Shown: one piece after another, positions 1-13,699 of the stretch
How positions within the stretch are numbered: position 1 is the first letter of the stretch
How the letters are laid out: every line of letters begins with the position of its first letter
DNA from: the human T2T-CHM13v2.0 reference genome, Homo sapiens
Direction: 5' to 3' (one strand)
Assembly (NCBI RefSeq): GCF_009914755.1
Contig: NC_060941.1
Length of the DNA: 64,000 bases
Notes under the pieces: model-generated
Told to the model about the DNA's origin: nothing
The model's input: the letters and a program-made list of their open reading frames with translations, nothing else
The model's database searches: none
Program-made: the position numbers and the translations under genes

Positions 1-74
1 GGCCAGTGGTTCTCAAACCCAGGGCCCCTTTACACTCTTAAAAAAGATCCAGGTTCGAAATCCGTTTGACACTT

Positions 75-715
75 CCTCAAAATGTTGAACACAGACTTAC
101 CATATGACCCAGAAACTCTACTCCTAGTTACACACCCAAGAGTACCCAAAACATACGTCCTCACCAAAACCTGTACACAAACGTTCTTAGCAGCACTATT
201 CATGACCGCCAAAAGCAGAAACAACGAAAATATCCATCAACTGATGAATGAGGAAAATGTGCTATATCCATACGATGATTATTATTTACAATGGATTATG
301 ATTTACAATGGATTATTATTTACAATGGATTATTATTATTTACAATGGAGTATGATTTACAATGGATTATTATTTGGCCGTAAAAAGGAATGAAGTGCTA
401 ATACCAGCTACAACATGGATGAATCTTTAAAACATCCTAAGTAAGAAAAGCCAGTCATAAAAGACCACGTATTGTATGATTCCGTTTATACAGTGTGTCC
501 AGAATAAGCAAATCTAGAGAGACGGAAGGTGAGGAGTGGTTGTCAGGGGTTGCAGGAAGAGGGGAACAGACTCCCAGTGGGTTCAGGACTTCTTTTTGGG
601 GTCGTAAAAATGTTCTGGATTAGACAGTGGTGATGGTCACACATTTCAAGAATACACTAAAACCACTGAATCGCACCCTTTAAAAGTGTGAATTTTATGG
701 CATGTGAATTACAAC
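75..715 (+). mobile_element. Old L1M (MB/ME-like) ORF2 end and 3' UTR fragment, with short internal GATTATTATTTACAATG tandem (~275-375)
   Basis: TTACCATATGACCCAG, GCAGCACTATTCAT, TAAAAAGGAATGAAGT, CTACAACATGGATGAATCT motifs; ORF 82-393 resembles the L1 ORF2 C-terminus. Confidence 0.8.
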
Positions 716-767
716 TTCAGCACAAACACAGACCATGAAAAAAAAAACGAATTATAACTCATTCACA

Positions 768-1103
<336 letters not shown>

Positions 1104-2171
1104 CTATGACCATTGCTAGTTACCACACTAGAAATTAAAACTGAGAAAATCTTTAAAATGTTGTTAATTCATTAAAAATAATAAACCCATTAGACGTTCA
1201 CATAATTTACATATTTTATGAAAAACTACACTTACAAAGCAATTAGACAAATGACACTGTTTTACATTTTTACAACTCTTTTTAATGTTTGACTTCACAA
1301 AAAACAGCTGGACCTTCATATCTGATTTTTCATTCACGCATTTGTGGCAGGTTGTTTCGCTGAAGTCCTTGAAGGACATCCAGACCCTCACAAATACGTA
1401 TGATGGCTGAAAAGAGGAGGACTTTTTTTACTTTCCAGAAATTGTAAATATTTTTCTTTGATATTGCACCCAAACTCAACAGATGGTAATTTCTTAAAGA
1501 TTAGTTCAAATGTGGCATCTGAAACCACATCAATGAACTTCTCCTTTTCTGTACATTTGTGACAGGATAAAACCCAGAGTCCTATGACTATTCTTATGGA
1601 AACACTTTTGACCTGTGGATCTCCGGAGGGTGTTGGGGGACCCCCAGAGAGGCCTGGGCCCAGCTTGGAGAACTGCTTTTCTCGGCCAGTGCCACCCATT
1701 TCTATGATGACCAGCAGAGGTAACATGCAGACCGCCTCCGCCTGACCACACAGGGTCCAGGCCACAACCTTAACCACACTGGTCGCTCTACCCCATGCAC
1801 ATGTCCAGGCACCTGCTCTTCCAGATCAGACCTGACCCTCCCCAGTGAGCTGCCTCAGCAAAGAGACCTGGGCAGCCCCAGACCCCAAACAGCCAAGCGT
1901 GGAAATCCCATGGCCGGGCCCAGATCACCCAGGACCTCCTCAGATGGAGGCTCAATCTTCTCCCAGATGAGGCTAATGGACAAGCAAGGAAAGACAGGTC
2001 AAAAATGATACCGTCCTCAAACAACTTTAAATCAGTGCCCCATCCCAGCCTTTAGAGCACTATGGTTTGCTTTGCTTTTTAAAAACTTCAGTTATCTTGT
2101 GCAGTCACACTGCTCCACATGGGTGTACAAAGCATTATTCTTTTCAAAGTAAACACTAAAATATACTACAG

Positions 2172-2496
<325 letters not shown>

Positions 2497-3330
2497 TTAC
2501 TAGAAGTCCAGGAACAAGTCAACTGTCTTCCTGAGCCTCAGTTTCCCCATCGGCACCCAACAGAGCTTGAGACAGGCCGGAGCAACCGCCTCCTGCAATT
2601 TCAATGCCTGATTTGGACCCTGCTGAGTTACATGAGGGAGGCGAGGGAGGCAAGCGAGGGAGGCAAGGGAGGCAGGCAGCCAGCAGGCAGGCTGCTGGCT
2701 GCTCCCACGTGGGAGGTGGGAACTGAGCCCTCCCCAGCCCAGTCCACAGGACAGAGAGGAGGAGGCCGCGAGAACTGCTTCCTACATGTCCCCACCCCTC
2801 TCACTGCTGTAGCTTCAGGGCAGAAGAGCCACAGAGCCAAATGCTGCAGAGATGAAGGGAGACGGAAAGAGCCAAATGCTGCAGAGATCAAGGGAGACGG
2901 AAGGATGTCGCCTCCAGAGCTGGGGCCACGGGCAGCGCCAGGGCAGGTTCATCACTGATGGCAAGTCTGTGGCTGACCACGTTCACAGGGGTGGCCCTGA
3001 GCAAAGGTCGGACATGAGGACCCAGGAGAATTCAGGCCCCGGCTCTGGGACGGCTGTGCACCCCCACCCTGGCCGTGGCTGGCACCTCAGAAGGCACAGC
3101 TGTCCTTCACTCGCACGGAGCAACCTCGGGACAGATGGTGGGAGAGGAAGGGCAACTCGAGGAGGCACATTTTAGGAAACTGCCCACGGAGCCAGTTTCG
3201 ATTCTCCAAACCTCGTCAGCATGCAGAGGCTCCCTGACTCGGCAGCAAGGAGGGCCTCATCAGCCGACCCCCATGCCCGGCACCCCCTTCACCAGTGGGT
3301 AAACTATGCTCGCCACCACTCAGCACTCAC

Positions 3331-3427
3331 CTCTTGGGCTCAGAGGGCAGAAAGTCTGACCCTTCTCTCTTAAAAGCAGGGTCCTGAAAACTCCAGAGAG
3401 CAGTGCCCTGTGCATTAAACACAGACT
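3331..3427 (-). other. RPH3AL: Candidate non-coding first exon, tentatively RPH3AL 5' UTR exon 1
   Basis: Consensus donor GAG|GTGAGT after 3331 on minus; initiator-like gcAGTCT at 3427; an internal acceptor (ctctctggagttttcAG|G) precedes 3383. Gene identity is unverified recall; no RPH3AL coding sequence is in the window. Confidence 0.45.
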
Positions 3428-3567
3428 GCGCCCTTGTACTCAGGTATGACCATTTGTCCTGGACAAAAATTAAACTGATGAGGGAACAAAATAGGGCCTT
3501 ATAGAAGGTGAGTGGAAAAGCAGGGAAGGCAAACCCCCAAATTCAGGAGGGAGGATGGAATTGGCCT

Positions 3568-3759
3568 GGGGAGCAGAGGCAGGAGGTTCTGTGGACAGGG
3601 CTGGTGGAGCTCTGGGGGGAGCAGAGGCAGGAGGTTTTGTGGACATGGTTGATGGACCTCTGCGGGGAGAAGACGGAGGAGATTTTGTGGACAGGGCTGG
3701 TGGAGCTCTGCGGGGAGCAGACACAGGAGGTTCTGTGGACAGGGCTGGTGGAGCTCTGG
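3568..3759. repeat. 48-bp minisatellite, ~4 copies
   Basis: GGGGAGCAGAGGCAGGAGGTTCTGTGGACAGGGCTGGTGGAGCTCTG repeated; 16-aa periodicity in ORFs. Confidence 0.9.
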
Positions 3760-4659
3760 CCACTTCCTCCGTAAACTAGAGACGTGATCCCCAGGGCCAG
3801 GTCTGTCTCTGAGGTCCTACCAGCTGGGACAGGTAAGAGGCTGGGGAAGGAGGAGCGTGTGTGTGTGCGCGTGTGTGTGTACAGGAGCATATTCAATGAG
3901 CACATAGGTCAAGGCTGCTGATGGGGAAGGCAAGCCCCTCGTGGAGAGGGTGGGCATCCACCCAGGAGCCCGCCCAGAAGTGTTCAGTTCTATCGACATG
4001 AAATTTCCATTTCTCCTTCCCTGCTGGACCTTGGGTGCCCTAGAGGGTCCCTACATCCTCCTCCTTCCCTCCCTTCCTGATGCCCACACAGAGCCTGCTG
4101 CAAAGTAGGTGCTCAGGGAATATCCATTTAATTCAACTGTATTTCATCAGAGAGATGTGGCTTTCCCAGACAAGGAAGAATTCAGAAAACAGCCCAGACA
4201 TGCTCAGAGCAGACAGCTGGACTCTAACCAGGCTCTGCGACTTGCTGACTCACAGGCCGTTTGTCCCTCAAGATTCCCCACGGGGTAGTCGGCCTCAAGG
4301 CAGCTCCACCTGACGGCTGAGCTCGCTCCTTGCTGAGGGGCTGGTGCCCCCAGGAGCCTCCTCTGGGAAGCTGAGACCTCCTGGTGCCACCTCGACCCCG
4401 CCGGGCGACACACGCTGAGCAGAGGCAGCACTCGGGCTGGCCGGCCCAGCAGGCAGATGTTCCGGAACCCTTGTAAAACCCCGCAGTACAGGGACTAGGA
4501 GGACCCGAGGGGTACAGGGAACGGAACAGGAGTTGCCGGTGATAATTTCCCGAAAAATTCCTAGGGGACAGAGGCTCATCAGCCCCAGGCAACTTCCTGA
4601 GACAGATCGGTAAAAACAACCCCTTCTTCCAGGAGGATGCAATTCTCTCTCTAAAGTCG

Positions 4660-4845
4660 AGAGCTCACCACCCCGGGCGTTCGTCACTGCAGACATCACT
4701 GCAGACACAGAGACGGCCATTAGAGCTCACCACCCCGGGCGTTCGTCACTGCAGACATCACTGCAGACACAGAGAAGGCCATTAGAGCTCACCACCCCGG
4801 GCGTTCGTCACTGCAGACATCACTGCAGACACAGAGACGGCCATT
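4660..4845. repeat. 62-bp tandem repeat, 3 copies
   Basis: GAGCTCACCACCCCGGGCGTTCG at 4661, 4723, 4785. Confidence 0.95.
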
Positions 4846-5969
4846 ATGCAGCCTCACGTGGTCACTCCTGGGGGCGGTAGGATATTTTATCCTAAAGAGA
4901 AAACACCTTAAATTCTCACATCAGCCACCCCCATGGCGACTCTTAACACCTTAATGTAGCACCTTCCAACTTTTCCTGGGCATTTATGTACAAATTGTAA
5001 TAAAATTGGGTTCTTACTGCATACGCTGCTTGCTGGTTTCTAAATAAAATTGGGTTCTTACTATATATGCTGCTTGCTGGTTTTTTAAACCACCTTGTGC
5101 TTTCCCACAGTATTAAAGTTCTTTAAAAATATGATTTTAAACTATAACTTAGTATTCTGAATACAATACGTTTTACCATCTTCCTGTTTGGGAGCACATG
5201 GATTGTTTCCAATTTTGCTCGATTATATGCAGCACTGAAATGGACATCCTGGCAGATAAATCTCTGACGACTGCCTTAGGATAAGTTCCCAAAAGGGAAA
5301 TGAAGTGCATTTTTTCAGTGTATTTTTTGAGATACCTTTTCCATAGTCAGGTTCACAGCCACTCAAAGCTGTCAGCTGCAGGCCTCATGCTTGCTGTCTC
5401 CAAAGTGCACGTACAAGTGTCCACTACACAAATTCTGCTGGAGGCAGCTGTGTCTTGGTAGCCTAATCTGCGGATCTCCAATTAGATGGTTTCAATAAGG
5501 CAGACGATCCTCTATTCGCAAAAAAATAAATAAATAAAATAAAATAAAGGGCCTCTTCTTTGCAAACAGTTGCATCTACTTAAAAGAAGGCTTCTATCTC
5601 CTTAACAGCATTTGTGGGCTCAGAAGCTGGTAAAGCCAGCACTGGCTTGAGAGCCCTGAGTGACCAGTGGCTGGGGCCGGTCACATGACACCCCTCCAGC
5701 CGACTGTTCCCCGCCCCGACTACAGGGTCCCGTAAACGGGCCTTGGGAGCTCATCCCCGTACAGGCTAGGAAGCAGTGCGCATAGTCATCACTCCAGGAG
5801 AACCGCGGCTCGACCCTGACCTTCCAAAACTCTCAGCAGCCACAGCACAGTGAGAAAAACAACAGCCGCCCGCAGCTGTCTGTCTCTAACACGTATCAGA
5901 CTTTGAAAAACATATCCGGAGGCAAAACAACCTGCCTCAGAGAAGCCCGGCAAACACCCACGGAGTCTC

Positions 5970-6500
5970 TAGCCCGTCCACTGCGGGGGGACAGGGACAA
6001 GGCAACCACCCCAGCAAGTGCAGCTCCTTCTCCCCACGCCTTCTCCGAGGGCCAGCCCATCCACTGCGGAGGGACAGGAACAAGGACAGGGACAAGGCAA
6101 CCACCCCACCCAGTGCAGCTCCTTCTCCCCACGCCTTCCCCCAGGGCCAGCCCATCCACTGTGGAGGGACAGGGACAAGGACAGGGACAAGGCAACCACC
6201 CCACCCAGTGCAGCTCCTTCTCCCCACGCCTTCCCCCAGGGCCAGCCCGTCCACTGTGGAGGGACAGGGACAAGGACAGGGACAAGGCAACCACCCCCAG
6301 CAAGTGCGGCTCCTTCTCCCCACGCCTTCCCCCAGGGCCAGCCCATCCACTGTGGAGGGACAGGGACAAGGACAGGGACAAGGCAACCACCCCCAGCAAG
6401 TGCGGCTCCTTCTCCCCACGCCTTCCCCCAGGGCCAGCCCATCCACTGCGGAGGGACAGGGACAGGGACAAGGCAACCACCCCAGCAAGTGCGGCTCCTC
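5970..6500. repeat. ~90-93-bp GC-rich minisatellite, ~6 copies, with internal GGGACA/GGACAA subrepeats
   Basis: Recurrent GCCAGCCCATCCACTGTGGAGGGACAGGGACAAGG..GCAACCACCCC. Confidence 0.9.
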
Positions 6501-8699
6501 CTTCTTCCAGGGCTGTGATCGCTCCCCACCTTACACCCTGGCATTTTCACCTCTTCGATCTTGTTTCAGGGACACGTTCACTGATATAACTGAGGCTTCA
6601 GACTCCTAGGGTGTGGCACGAACGAGCGCGCTTTCATCCAGCCACAGGGTCCGACCCACGGTGAGCGTGGGCAGCATACCCGAGCTCCTGAGACCAGCAG
6701 ATATGCTTGGCTGGGGACGCATTCCCAAGAGCACAGCCACACTGTGACCCCCGAGCGACTGTGACAAAGGGGGCCCGGGTATGAGGGTGCAGGTGTCCGG
6801 GTGAGACTATCTCTATGGTGAGAATAAAGGAAATGATGCAGGGTGAACAGTGGGAAGGAGGCGGCGGACGGAGGGGCTGGGGGAAGTCGCTGTGCCTAGG
6901 ACACCCACGTGCGAAGGCCAACACCAGCGCTGCAGGACGCCAGTTGGTGTCGGCCACAGAGAGAGGGCTCAAGTGCATTTTCCACACCAGGGGTGGCTGG
7001 TGCCCTCTGAGCCGCTGCATCACGATGCTTAGAATGAAATGCACGGCCCGGCCAAGAGTGGCAGAACCGCCCGGCCGGCCCGTAGACTGAGGAGGGGTAA
7101 TAAATGGTGGTCGTGAGCCCCCACGTTTGGACAGGTATGCTTGTCATGCAGTGTTACCCCAGCAATATATAACGGATAAAAATGGCATCTGGCTGATAAA
7201 ATCCCAACCCTGACCTCAATGTCCAGAACTATTCAGTTTGATTTTCCACTTGTGGTGGAAAGGCCAAAAGACCAGACGAGGGAGGCAAACAGGAGACACA
7301 AGAGGCAAGCAAAACCCACTCCCCTCCCCTCCCAGGTGCCAGAGGAAGTACCCCGTGGAGAGGGCCTGGAGGCTTCGCAGGTGGCGCCTGCAGGGCTGGA
7401 AGAGAGGCTTCATCCCAAGTGCTAAATCTGAGCTGGCGCCCAGAGGGCTGGGTTGAAAAGGGGCTGGAGGCTGCCTCCAGCCTCCGTAGGAAAGCATGCT
7501 GTGATCTGTTAGTCACGTCTGCCCCCGGCGTGGAGGGAGAACGGCTGCACATTTGCTGCTGCAGAGTGTGCCATCCCACTGGGCGCTGTGCCTAGGCCAG
7601 GGCGACAGGGAGGAGATGGGGTTTAGAGGAGGGAAAAGAAGCTGGGACAAACATAAAAGAATACTTGCCACCGAGCCGGTGCTTCCCGAGGCCTCGAAGA
7701 CACTGTGTGGGAGCCCTTCGTCCAACACAAGGTATTAATATCCGAGGGGACCCTTAGCAACAGCTCTGACATCTGCTCTGTTACTATGACACGGGAAACA
7801 CGAGGAGGGCAGCAAGATAAGGTGAGCCCAGACGTCAACATTTCCTCCACCTGTCAGGCGGCGCTGGGAGGATTAAAGACTCAGAGAGGGAGCCTCAAAG
7901 GCCTGTCTAAACGCCCAAAGAACCACTCACTCGGAAGCGTTGCAGGCTGACTATGCACCAAGCGGGCTCGAGTGGATTCCAGAGTTGAAGCAGGAGCCCC
8001 GGGGAAACCAGTGCCTGACAAACCTCCCTCAAACTCCACCGCCCCCGGGCACCCTGCCAGGTCTGCCTGCTCGGGGCGGCTCCCCCTCCTCCCAGCTCCG
8101 ATGCTCCTCCTCTCTTGCCCAGACCGTGGCAAATCTTCCTCATCTGCCTTGGAACCTGCTGGGGCTCCCCGTTGCCCCTCTTCACGTACAGCCAGAGAGA
8201 CCATCCTTACAGCCCAGGTCAGGCCGTGTGATTCCCCTGCTCAGAAACCTTCGGTGGCTCCCCACTACTAAGGAAACAAGCCCTAGCTGCCCTCAAGGCC
8301 GTCCATGATCTGGCACAAACCACCCTTGCATTCTGCCAGCCACCCCTCTGCAAAACTGGTGCTCCAGCCACCAGGACCTTGAGGCATTGCAGCCGCCCAG
8401 CCTTGTCTCCGGCACCCTCTCACCTGGAACGCCTTTGGTTCACGCTGTCTACCTCCTCCACCTGGGGGTGGCCCAGCACCACCTCCCCTGGGAATTCTCC
8501 AGCTCCTCCCATCAGGCTCCCATTCGGCTTGAGCCCACCGCCCTCCCGTCAGCATTTCATTCCGCCCGCATCCTCGGGGGCATTTACCTGTTACCCCGAT
8601 GCCCAGACATGGTGGGTCCAGTACCCCTTCAGGGGACTAATTTAACCGTCAAGAGTTTGCCACTCACTGGAACTACGTACATCGGTTACGCACCAATAA

Positions 8700-8977
8700 T
8701 TTTTTTTTTTGAGACAGGGTCTTGCTCCGTTGCCCAGGCTGGAGTGCAGTGGCACAGTCACAGTTCACTGCAGCCTCCAACTCCTCGGCTCCCGTGATCC
8801 TCGCATCAGCCTCCCAAGTCGCTAGAACTACACGCCTGGCTAATTTTTTAATTTTTTGGTAAAGACAGGGTCTTGCTCTGTTGTCCAGGCTGGTCTCAAA
8901 CTCCTGGGCTCAAATGATCCTCCTGCCTCAGCCTCCCAAGTAGCTGGGACTATGGGAGTACGCCACGACACCCAGCC
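8700..8977 (-). mobile_element. Alu (AluJ-like) within degenerate L2-like sequence (~8190-9320)
   Basis: Poly-T then GAGACAGGGTCTTGCTC, AACTCCTGGGCTCAA; flanks have L2-like motifs. Confidence 0.85.
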
Positions 8978-9614
8978 TGCCAACAAAATTTTATCTTAAA
9001 AACCGCCTCACGGCATAAGGCTCAGCCTCGCTGGCCTCCTTAACCTGCCTCTTTCCCTCTGCCACACACGGGCTCTCTACGGACCCTCCAGCCCCTGCTA
9101 AGACTCCTGCAGCCTTTCTTGCCTGTGTGCTTTGAGGAGCAGCAATCCTGGACATGCCACCCAGGACCCCGTCCAGGAGGCACCCCAACTTGGTCACAGA
9201 GCTAAGCGTCTGCTCCTGTCCTCGGCAGGACCAACAGCGGCACCTCTCAGTTTCCTTGGCCTCGTTCATTCAACACACACACGCTGGGTGCTGACGAGGC
9301 ACCAGGCCCGTGCCCAGCCGCTCAGTCTCGCTGCTCGAGGGCTGGGCAGGGGTTTTTTTTGTACCCCGGCAAGGCCCCTCATGGGGCACACGTAGGAGGT
9401 TTCACTTAATCCTGTGGGTCTTTTTTAACCTTGGAAAGTAAATCCTTGGGCATCTTTAATGACTGGCAACTCCCGCTCCAGTGGACCCCAAATCCCTGCT
9501 CGTCTCTTCATCTGACGCTGTTCTCATTCCCAGGCAGAAACACTCTGCAAAGCCTCCAATGCAAATGAGATGTGAAATAACCTACTTCTCCCCCATCTCA
9601 AGTGCCAGCCCTCA

Positions 9615-10047
<433 letters not shown>

Positions 10048-11904
10048 TTTACAGGGTAACCACACAGAGAGAGAGAGAAAGAGAGAAGAGAAAATGAAAT
10101 TCAAACTTACTGCAAACGTGACCAGAATAATACGTAGGTACCTGTGGCCCCTGAGCACTCTCTGCCCAGAAAATGCCCAAGTGCTCCCAGGCTGCCGGGC
10201 ACCTGGCTTGGGACGGGCAGTATCGAGCATTCATGCTATTTGTCTTTTAATGCAGAAACGCAGGCCTGCTTCCATTTACGTGATGTATGTGGGTCTGGAA
10301 AGTCCCAGGCAGGCAGAATCTTTGCAGAGGAAACCTGATTTCGGCTCCCACCTGGGAACTGCTTGTTGAAGGAGCCTAAGAGAAACCTCTCCATGAAGCA
10401 GAGAAGCTTCTAGGGAAAAAGAAGCCTCAACCCTCCTCACCCGCTTGGAAAAGGCCCAGTCCTCAGGTGTGCTGAGGGCGGTGCTCCAGGCCCCGGGGGG
10501 CAGCGTCCCACACCCCTGCCTCCGCCAGCAGCTTCTGCACGGCCCAGCCCAGACTCCAGCTCCCAGGTGGCTCTCCGCGGGTCCTGCCAGGTACTTCTCC
10601 AACCTTCCTCCCCTCACCTCACCAGAGCCAGGGTTTGCTTACAGCCAGCAGCCAAGGCCATCCCCGGCTGACCTCGCCTGCTATCTGTGGGCCCAGCTGT
10701 CTCCTCTTGCTCACAGAAACACAAACAGGCGTTTCTCTGTTGCAACTCCAGGGTTAGGCACTGCCCTGCCTGGGAACAAGCTGTCCGGTTCTCTGCACAC
10801 TACCCATTCTCCTGGCAGAGGCTAAGACCCCAAATAAGTGAGAATGCCCATAAGAGGGCCAGCGGAGGGCTCAGGCAACAGTGGGGGCCACCCCAGAACA
10901 TGGCTTGCTACAGAGAAGACAGGCAGGGGGAAGGGTCAGACAGAACCACTGGCACTTAGCTAGGAGTTTTCAGGGCCTCTAGGAGGGGCCCCCAAGTTAA
11001 CAAACATCCCTACACGTGCCCAGCCTGACCCTGCACTACCAAACTGGGAGAGGAAGAAGCCGCCTCCATGGGTGCTGCCCACCTGCCAGGTGCCCGCCAC
11101 TGGCTGACCAACTGGAATCATCACAAGCCCCAGAGGACGACGTGATCATCACTCCTTTCAGAAAAGAAGAAACCAGCTCGAGAGGGGCAGCCACGTGCCC
11201 AAGGCCCCATAAGCTGGCACCAGGTGCCCAGTTTGGCCCAACGGAGCTGGGCTGAGCCCAGGTGCTTTCTATCCCCCTCCTCCTCCCAAGGCGTCGGGTT
11301 GCAGGTGCGGTGCCTACAGGTGCCTAACGAAAGCAATGAGCCGGGTATTCTCCGAGCACCTGCCACACACCCAGCAGCGGGGAGCACAGAGTTCCCAGAA
11401 ACTGTAAGTCGCGCAGTAATTGGCCAAACGGGAGTTCTGAGAAGAACTGGGCCGGGGCAGCCTGAAGGGGATTGCAGAGGAGACGGGCTGGCTGTTTCCC
11501 GGAGCAGGCAGGGGCTGGGACCTGTGGGACCTCAGTCACCAGCCCTCAGTGCCACTGTTGTCCCAGCCTAGGCCCTCAGAGCAGAGGCACAAAGGAGCTG
11601 GTGTCTGAGCCCTGGGGCATTTTCAAAGACAGCCCCTGCTCCCCACCAGACCCACTGCCTGAACCAGGTGTCACCCAGACCTCCTCAGTCACCCCATAGT
11701 CCTAAGGGGTCCCCCTGGCTCCAGGCTCCCCAGCTCAGACCCGGCCAATCCTGCCATCAGACAGGCTCTCCAAAGGCCCCGCTCCACCCAAACACCTCAA
11801 AATCAAGCCCAGGGTCCTCAGCTGGGAGTTCATGGCCATCCACAGACTCCACCGTGCCTTGCCAAATTTGTCTCCAGACAAACACACACCTGGTGTCATA
11901 CCTC

Positions 11905-13560
11905 ATGCCCAGGCCCAGGCCTCCCCACATCCACACTCACTGCCCCGGGCTCAGGCCTCCCCACATCCACACTCACTGCCCCGGGCTCAGGCCTCCCCAC
12001 ATCCACACTCACTGCCCCGGGCTCAGGCCTCCCCACATCCACACTCACTGCCCCCCACCCAGGCCTCCCCACATCCACACTCACTGCCCCCCACCCAGGC
12101 CTCCCCACATCCACACTCACTGCCCCGGGCTCAGGCCTCCCCACATCCACACTCACTGCCCCGGGCTCAGGCCTCCCCACATCCACACTCACTGCCCCCC
12201 ACCCAGGCCTCCCCACATCCACACTCACTGCCCCCCTCCCAGGCCTCCCCACATCCACACTCACTGCCCCCCACCCAGGCCTCCCCACGTCCACACTCAC
12301 TGCCCTGGGCCCAGGCCTCCCCACATCCACACTCACTGCCCCCCACCCAGGCCTCCCCACATCCACACTCACTGCCTCCCACCCAGGCCTCCCCACATCC
12401 ACACTCACTGCCTCCCACCCAGGCCTCCCCACGTCCACACTCACTGCCCCCCTCCCAGGCCTCCCCACATCCACACTCACTGCCTCCCACCCAGGCCTCC
12501 CCACATCCACACTCACTGCCCCCCACCCAGGCCTCCCCACGTCCACACTCACTGCCCCCCTCCCAGGCCTCCCCACATCCACACTCACTGCCTCCCACCC
12601 AGGCCTCCCCACATCCACACTCACTGCCCTGGGCCCAGGCCTCCCCACATCCACACTCACTGCCCCCCACCCAGGCCTCCCCACGTCCACACTCACTGCC
12701 CCCCTCCCAGGCCTCCCCACATCCACACTCACTGCCTCCCACCCAGGCCTCCCCACATCCACACTCACTGCCCCCCACCCAGGCCTCCCCACATCCAATC
12801 TCACTGCCCCGACCCAGGCCTCCCCACATCCACACTCACTGCCCCCCACCCAGGCCTCCCCACATCCACACTCACTGTCCCCCACCCAGGCTTCCCCACA
12901 TCCACACTCACTGCCCCCCACCCAGGCCTCCCCACATCCACACTCACTGCCCCGGGCTCAGGCCTCCCCACATCCACACTCACTGCCCCCCACCCAGGCC
13001 TCCCCACATCCACACTCACTGCCCCCCACCCAGGCCTCCCCACATCCACACTCACTGCCCCCCACCCAGGCCTCCCCACATCCACACTCACTGCCCCCCA
13101 CCCAGGCCTCCCCACATCCACACTCACTGCCCCCCACCCAGGCCTCCCCACATCCACACTCACTGCCCCCCACCCAGGCCTCCCCACATCCACACTCACT
13201 GCCCCCCACCCAGGCCTCCCCACATCCACACTCACTGCCCCCCACCCAGGCCTCCCCACATCCACACTCACTGCCCCCCACCCAGGCCTCCCCACATCCA
13301 CACTCACTGCCCCCCACCCAGGCCTCCCCACATCCACACTCACTGCCCCCTCCCAGGCCTCCCCACATCCACACTCACTGCCCCCCACCCAGGCCTCCCC
13401 ACATCCACACTCACTGCCCCCTCCCAGGCCTCCCCACATCCACACTCACTGCCCCTGCCCAGGTCTCCCCACATCCACACTCACTGCCCCCTCCCAGGCC
13501 TCCCCACATCCACACTCACTGCCCCTGCCCAGGTCTCCCCACATCCACACTTACTGCCCA
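11905..13560. repeat. 36-bp C-rich VNTR, ~46 copies
   Basis: Unit AGGCCTCCCCACATCCACACTCACTGCCCCCCACCC; 12-aa periodicity (PRPPHIHTHCPP). Confidence 0.97.
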
Positions 13561-13699
13561 GGGCTGAAGCAATCGCTGCCTCGTCCTCATAAGCACACTG
13601 TTTTTACCTCTTCCCAGAACTTCGCAGTTTCTGGTGAACGTGTCTGACCTCTCCTACTGGACCAAACACTCCCTCAGAGCAGGATGCCTCCTGCCCATA

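Noticed and set aside
5896-6609. Six overlapping 130-230-aa ORFs
   Set aside because: Products of the ~90-bp GC-rich minisatellite, open in all frames.
11668-13647. 659-aa and 586-aa Pro/His-rich extensin- or mucin-like ORFs
   Set aside because: The C-rich repeat lacks stops and the reading frame slips at indel units; no coding signature.
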